DNA from: an uncultured Chitinophagales bacterium
GTDB lineage: Bacteria; Bacteroidota; Ignavibacteria; UBA10030; UBA6906
Assembly: GCA_964414155.1 (NCBI GenBank)
Contig: CAYPVN010000005.1
Span: 1 to 27,965 of the forward strand
Direction of reading: 5' to 3'
DNA: 27,965 nt
The position numbers and the translations under genes are program-made. The notes under the pieces are model-generated. The model was not told the DNA's origin. It worked only from the letters and a program-made list of their open reading frames with translations, and searched no databases. Of this stretch, positions 24,660 through 27,965 are shown one piece after another; within the stretch, counting starts at the first letter, position 1; every line of letters begins with the position of its first letter.

Positions 24660-25913
24660 ATGAGTATGGATGGCAAGCGTAGAGTTGTTGTAACGGGTCT
24701 TGGGGCGATCACGCCACTCGGTCTCAACGTGCAGGATTTTTGGAAGAACTTGCTCGCCGGGCAAAGTGGTGCCGGCCCCATCACCTATTTCGACACCTCC
24801 AGGTACGACACGCGGTTCGCATGCCAGGTGAAGAATTTCAAGGCAACGGACTTTCTCGATCGGAAGATGGCGCAGCGGCTGGACCCGTTTGCACAGTTCG
24901 CGGTCATTTCTGCGGACATGGCAATGGCGGATGCGGGACTGCCATTGAAGGACATGGACCCTGACCGGATCGGTGTTGTGTTCGGATCCGGCATCGGAGG
25001 AATGGCAACATACGATACGCAGTTTACCAACTACATTGAAGGTGGTCCCCGGCGCATCAGTCCTTTCTTCATCCCGATGCTCATCCCGGATATTGCATGT
25101 GGACACATTTCCATAAAGCACGGACTCAAGGGCCCGAACTACGCAACGGTTTCAGCTTGCGCAACTGCCTCGCACGCTATTGGCGACGCGTATCGTATCA
25201 TCCAATACGGCGATGCGGACATTGTCTTGAGCGGTGGCTCGGAAGCGCCTATCACCCGCATGGGGCTGGGCGGTTTTAATTCCATGAAGGCCCTTTCCAC
25301 GCGCAACGATGAACCGGAGAAAGCGAGCCGGCCTTTTGATTTGAAGCGGGACGGCTTCGTGATGGGAGAAGGCGGCGGGACGGTCATCCTCGAAGAGCTC
25401 GAACATGCCCGCAAGCGTGGTGCGAAGATCTACGCCGAGATGGTGGGTATTGGATTTACCGCAGACGCGCACCACATTACCGCGCCGCCCGAGGGGGGTG
25501 AAGGGGCCGTTCGGGCAATGAGACGTGCAATTAAAGATGCCGGGATTACACCGGAGCAGGTCGATTACATCAACGTTCACGGAACATCGACACCGCTTGG
25601 GGACATCAGTGAAACGCTCGCCATCAAAACGGTCTTCGGCGAGTACGCGAAGAAGATGAATGTCAGCTCCACAAAGTCCATGACAGGCCATTTGCTTGGC
25701 GCAGCCGGAGCGGTCGAAGCCATTGCGGCCATCATGGCGTGCAAAGAAGATTCCATCCCCCCAACAATTAACAATGAATTCCCCGATCCGGCATGCGATC
25801 TCAACTGTACTCCGAACACGGCGGCGCGGCGGACGGTCAACTACGCAGTGAGCAACACGTTCGGATTTGGCGGCCATAACGCGACACTCCTGGTAAAGAA
25901 GTATACCAATTAG
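24660..25913 (+). CDS. fabF: 3-oxoacyl-ACP synthase II
   Basis: RRVVVTGLG, GPNYATVSACATA (catalytic Cys), HGTST, KSMTGHLLGAAG and NTFGFGGHN. Confidence 0.97.
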   Translation: MSMDGKRRVVVTGLGAITPLGLNVQDFWKNLLAGQSGAGPITYFDTSRYDTRFACQVKNFKATDFLDRKMAQRLDPFAQFAVISADMAMADAGLPLKDMDPDRIGVVFGSGIGGMATYDTQFTNYIEGGPRRISPFFIPMLIPDIACGHISIKHGLKGPNYATVSACATASHAIGDAYRIIQYGDADIVLSGGSEAPITRMGLGGFNSMKALSTRNDEPEKASRPFDLKRDGFVMGEGGGTVILEELEHARKRGAKIYAEMVGIGFTADAHHITAPPEGGEGAVRAMRRAIKDAGITPEQVDYINVHGTSTPLGDISETLAIKTVFGEYAKKMNVSSTKSMTGHLLGAAGAVEAIAAIMACKEDSIPPTINNEFPDPACDLNCTPNTAARRTVNYAVSNTFGFGGHNATLLVKKYTN

Positions 25914-25916
25914 CAT

Positions 25917-26693
25917 ATGGGTTGGATCAAGAGACTTCGTGACAGGTTCTCCCCAAAGCCTGAAATTACCGACCAGCGGGAGATCACTCAAAAGACCCTC
26001 CTGCGCACCAACATCAAGAAGTTCCAGCAGATCCTCGGTTACGCGATCCGCAATCAGGATTTCTTTGTGCAGGCACTTCTCCATCGTTCCTTTCTGCACC
26101 GATCGAATCAGCCGGGACGCTCGAATGAACGCCTTGAATTTCTCGGTGATTCTATTTTGAACCTGATCGTCGGTGAGTATCTCTATCGCCATTTCCCCCA
26201 TGCAGAAGAAGGTGAGCTCACCAAACTCCGCTCCAGACTGGTCAACCGAAAAGCACTTGCTGCATACGCAAAGGAAATCAAGCTGTCCGAGTTCATCCTC
26301 ATGAGCTCAAGTGCAGCACAGTCTGTCGGGAAGGGATCGGAGACGATCGCGGCCGATACGTACGAGGCAGTCATCGCAGCCATCTATCTCGACGGCGGTT
26401 TTGGGGCAGCAAAGAAATTTGTGGAGCGGCAGATCCTTGCAGCGATGAAGAGTGGTACAGTCATCACATCCGACGAGAACTACAAGAGCATGCTGCTTGA
26501 GTATGCACAGTCCAAAGGGCTTGGCGTGCCGCGTTATACGATCGTCAATGAATATGGACCCGATCATGATCGAACGTTTACCGTTGAAGTGACGTTGAAT
26601 GGCATGAAGGGTGGATCGGGAACCGGCAAGAATAAGAAAGAGGCCGAGCAGGCGGCTGCAAGTCAGGCACTTGAAAAACTGCTCAACTCCTGA
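25917..26693 (+). CDS. rnc: Ribonuclease III
   Basis: HRS, NERLEFLGDSIL signature and ADTYEAVIAAIYLDGG, then a C-terminal dsRBD (NYKSMLLEYAQ...GPDHDRTF...KKEAEQAAA). Confidence 0.97.
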   Translation: MGWIKRLRDRFSPKPEITDQREITQKTLLRTNIKKFQQILGYAIRNQDFFVQALLHRSFLHRSNQPGRSNERLEFLGDSILNLIVGEYLYRHFPHAEEGELTKLRSRLVNRKALAAYAKEIKLSEFILMSSSAAQSVGKGSETIAADTYEAVIAAIYLDGGFGAAKKFVERQILAAMKSGTVITSDENYKSMLLEYAQSKGLGVPRYTIVNEYGPDHDRTFTVEVTLNGMKGGSGTGKNKKEAEQAAASQALEKLLNS

Positions 26694-26733
26694 ATCGCCG
26701 CTCGCATCGAGCATTCACAACGTATGCAATACG

Positions 26734-27965
26734 ATGAAATTCTGCTGTGCTGTTCTCTCTCTCGTGGTGTCCCTGCACTCTCCGATATTGGCACAGCGGG
26801 ATTCCTCTCCCGGTCTTATCGACACCGTCATCATCTCCGGTAACGAGAAGACGAAAGACTACGTCATCCTGAACGAGATGACGCTCAAGCCCGGCACACG
26901 CGCAACCCCCGAAGCGATAGAATTCGACAGAAACCGGATTTACAGTCTCGGCCTCTTTACTCGTGTAGATATCTTCTACGACTCTCTCAACACGGACCGT
27001 TTTCTCTTTGTCGAAGTCAGTGAGCGATGGTATATCATTCCGCTGCCGCTCTTCGGGTTCCGCGATGGTGATCCCAAGAAATTCTATTATGGCGTGGGAC
27101 TTCTTCATAATAATTTTCGCGGCGCGAATCAAAAGCTGTTTGCAATGGTTACCCTGGGCTACAACCCCGCCTTCGCACTTTCCTTTCTCGACCCGTTGCT
27201 GGACTCCGAGCACAATCTCTATTTCAGTGGAAGCACGTCCTACTCGATTGTACGGAACAGAAGTAAGATCGAATCGGCTCTGACGGGCGATTTTGACGAA
27301 CGGCATTATGAGATCAATACAACGTTGGGCAAACGCTTCAGCCTGTATGAGACGGTTGGGATTGAGCTCGGGTATCAGATTGTCTCCATCGACAATTACC
27401 GACCCGGGAGGACCTCCTCACCGAGCGGGCACGACAGGTTCGTCACAGCGGGCATCAGCTACACGTACGATTCCCGCGACCTGAAGGAATACGCTTCGCA
27501 GGGAATGTTTCTTCGCTTCTCCATCACAAAGCTCGGTTTCGGAGAGGCAGACCTCAACTTTGCGCGCTTCGGGGCCGACATGCGCAAATATGTCCCGTTG
27601 CCGCTGGATTTCACATTCGCCACACGAGTACACGGCACAATTGTTTCCGGAGGCAACGTTCCAACGTACGCACGCGCATACTTCGGCTACGGTGAGCGGT
27701 TGCGCGGGTACTTCAAGACGGTGTTCGAAGGAGAGAACCTGTTTGGCTCCACGGTGGAATTGCGCTTTCCCCTGCTGAAGGCACGAACGGTCGACGTTAC
27801 TGCACTGCCGCTTCCGAAGGAGTTCGCTGTCTGGAGATTCGGGATCAGCCTCGCTGTCTTTGCCAATACGGGAGTGACCTGGTTCAGAGGAGACAAGCTG
27901 CAGTTCAGGTCATTGTATTCGGGATATGGTGGAGGGATTCATTTTCTTCTCCCCTACAGCGTTGT
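26734..27965 (+). CDS. Omp85/BamA-TamA family outer-membrane protein with a single POTRA domain; 3' end lies outside the window
   Basis: Absent from the ORF track because there is no stop in the window. Manual translation gives MKFCCAVLSLVVSLHSPILA|QRDS...IISGNEKTKDYVILNEM (POTRA)...VSERWYIIP...NNFRGANQKL...GERLRGYF (loop 6)...GYGGGIHFLLPYSV. Confidence 0.85.
   Translation, partial: MKFCCAVLSLVVSLHSPILAQRDSSPGLIDTVIISGNEKTKDYVILNEMTLKPGTRATPEAIEFDRNRIYSLGLFTRVDIFYDSLNTDRFLFVEVSERWYIIPLPLFGFRDGDPKKFYYGVGLLHNNFRGANQKLFAMVTLGYNPAFALSFLDPLLDSEHNLYFSGSTSYSIVRNRSKIESALTGDFDERHYEINTTLGKRFSLYETVGIELGYQIVSIDNYRPGRTSSPSGHDRFVTAGISYTYDSRDLKEYASQGMFLRFSITKLGFGEADLNFARFGADMRKYVPLPLDFTFATRVHGTIVSGGNVPTYARAYFGYGERLRGYFKTVFEGENLFGSTVELRFPLLKARTVDVTALPLPKEFAVWRFGISLAVFANTGVTWFRGDKLQFRSLYSGYGGGIHFLLPYSV

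Noticed and set aside
25152-26201. 349-aa minus-strand ORF, and similar antisense ORFs over pdp, fabH, crp and ribH
   Set aside because: They are fully antisense to conserved housekeeping genes and carry no domain signatures.
1-27965. CRISPR arrays, IS/transposases, integrases, prophage, toxin-antitoxin or defence genes, rRNA/tRNA, riboswitches
   Set aside because: I saw no regularly spaced direct repeats, terminal inverted repeats or relevant protein motifs. Intergenic gaps are short and are explained by promoters or hairpins. The only repeats are protein-level propeller blades.

Overview
A gene-dense, mostly housekeeping and envelope-biogenesis window. It probably comes from a Bacteroidota-related (FCB-group, Ignavibacteria-like) bacterium. 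That is an inference from a PorZ-like T9SS protein, a DUF3276/PUR protein, the acpP-fabF-rnc gene order, Gln-starting secreted proteins and TTGAC-N17-TATATT sigma70 promoters. Gene order: HAD phosphatase (partial), pdp, a tail-anchored 2Fe-2S ferredoxin, suhB (-), a glycosidase-fold lipoprotein with apparently degenerate catalytic motifs, hflX (-), a BatA/VWA protein (-), a coupled three-gene operon (zincin + PD40 propeller + Omp85 barrel; BamB-like lipoprotein; PEGA protein), Crp, PHP, ribH, a PorZ-like protein, a PUR-family protein, GT2, the yceD-rpmF-plsX-fabH-fabD-fabG-acpP-fabF-rnc cluster, and a second single-POTRA Omp85 gene running off the right edge. I found no rRNA, tRNA, CRISPR array, transposase, integrase or defence gene. 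The best candidate for an uncharacterised system is the protease-Omp85/BamB-like/PEGA operon. The likely pseudo-glycosidase, the tail-anchored ferredoxin, a Crp box over the crp promoter and two long intergenic hairpins also merit follow-up. All family assignments are motif recognition by eye, without database searches.
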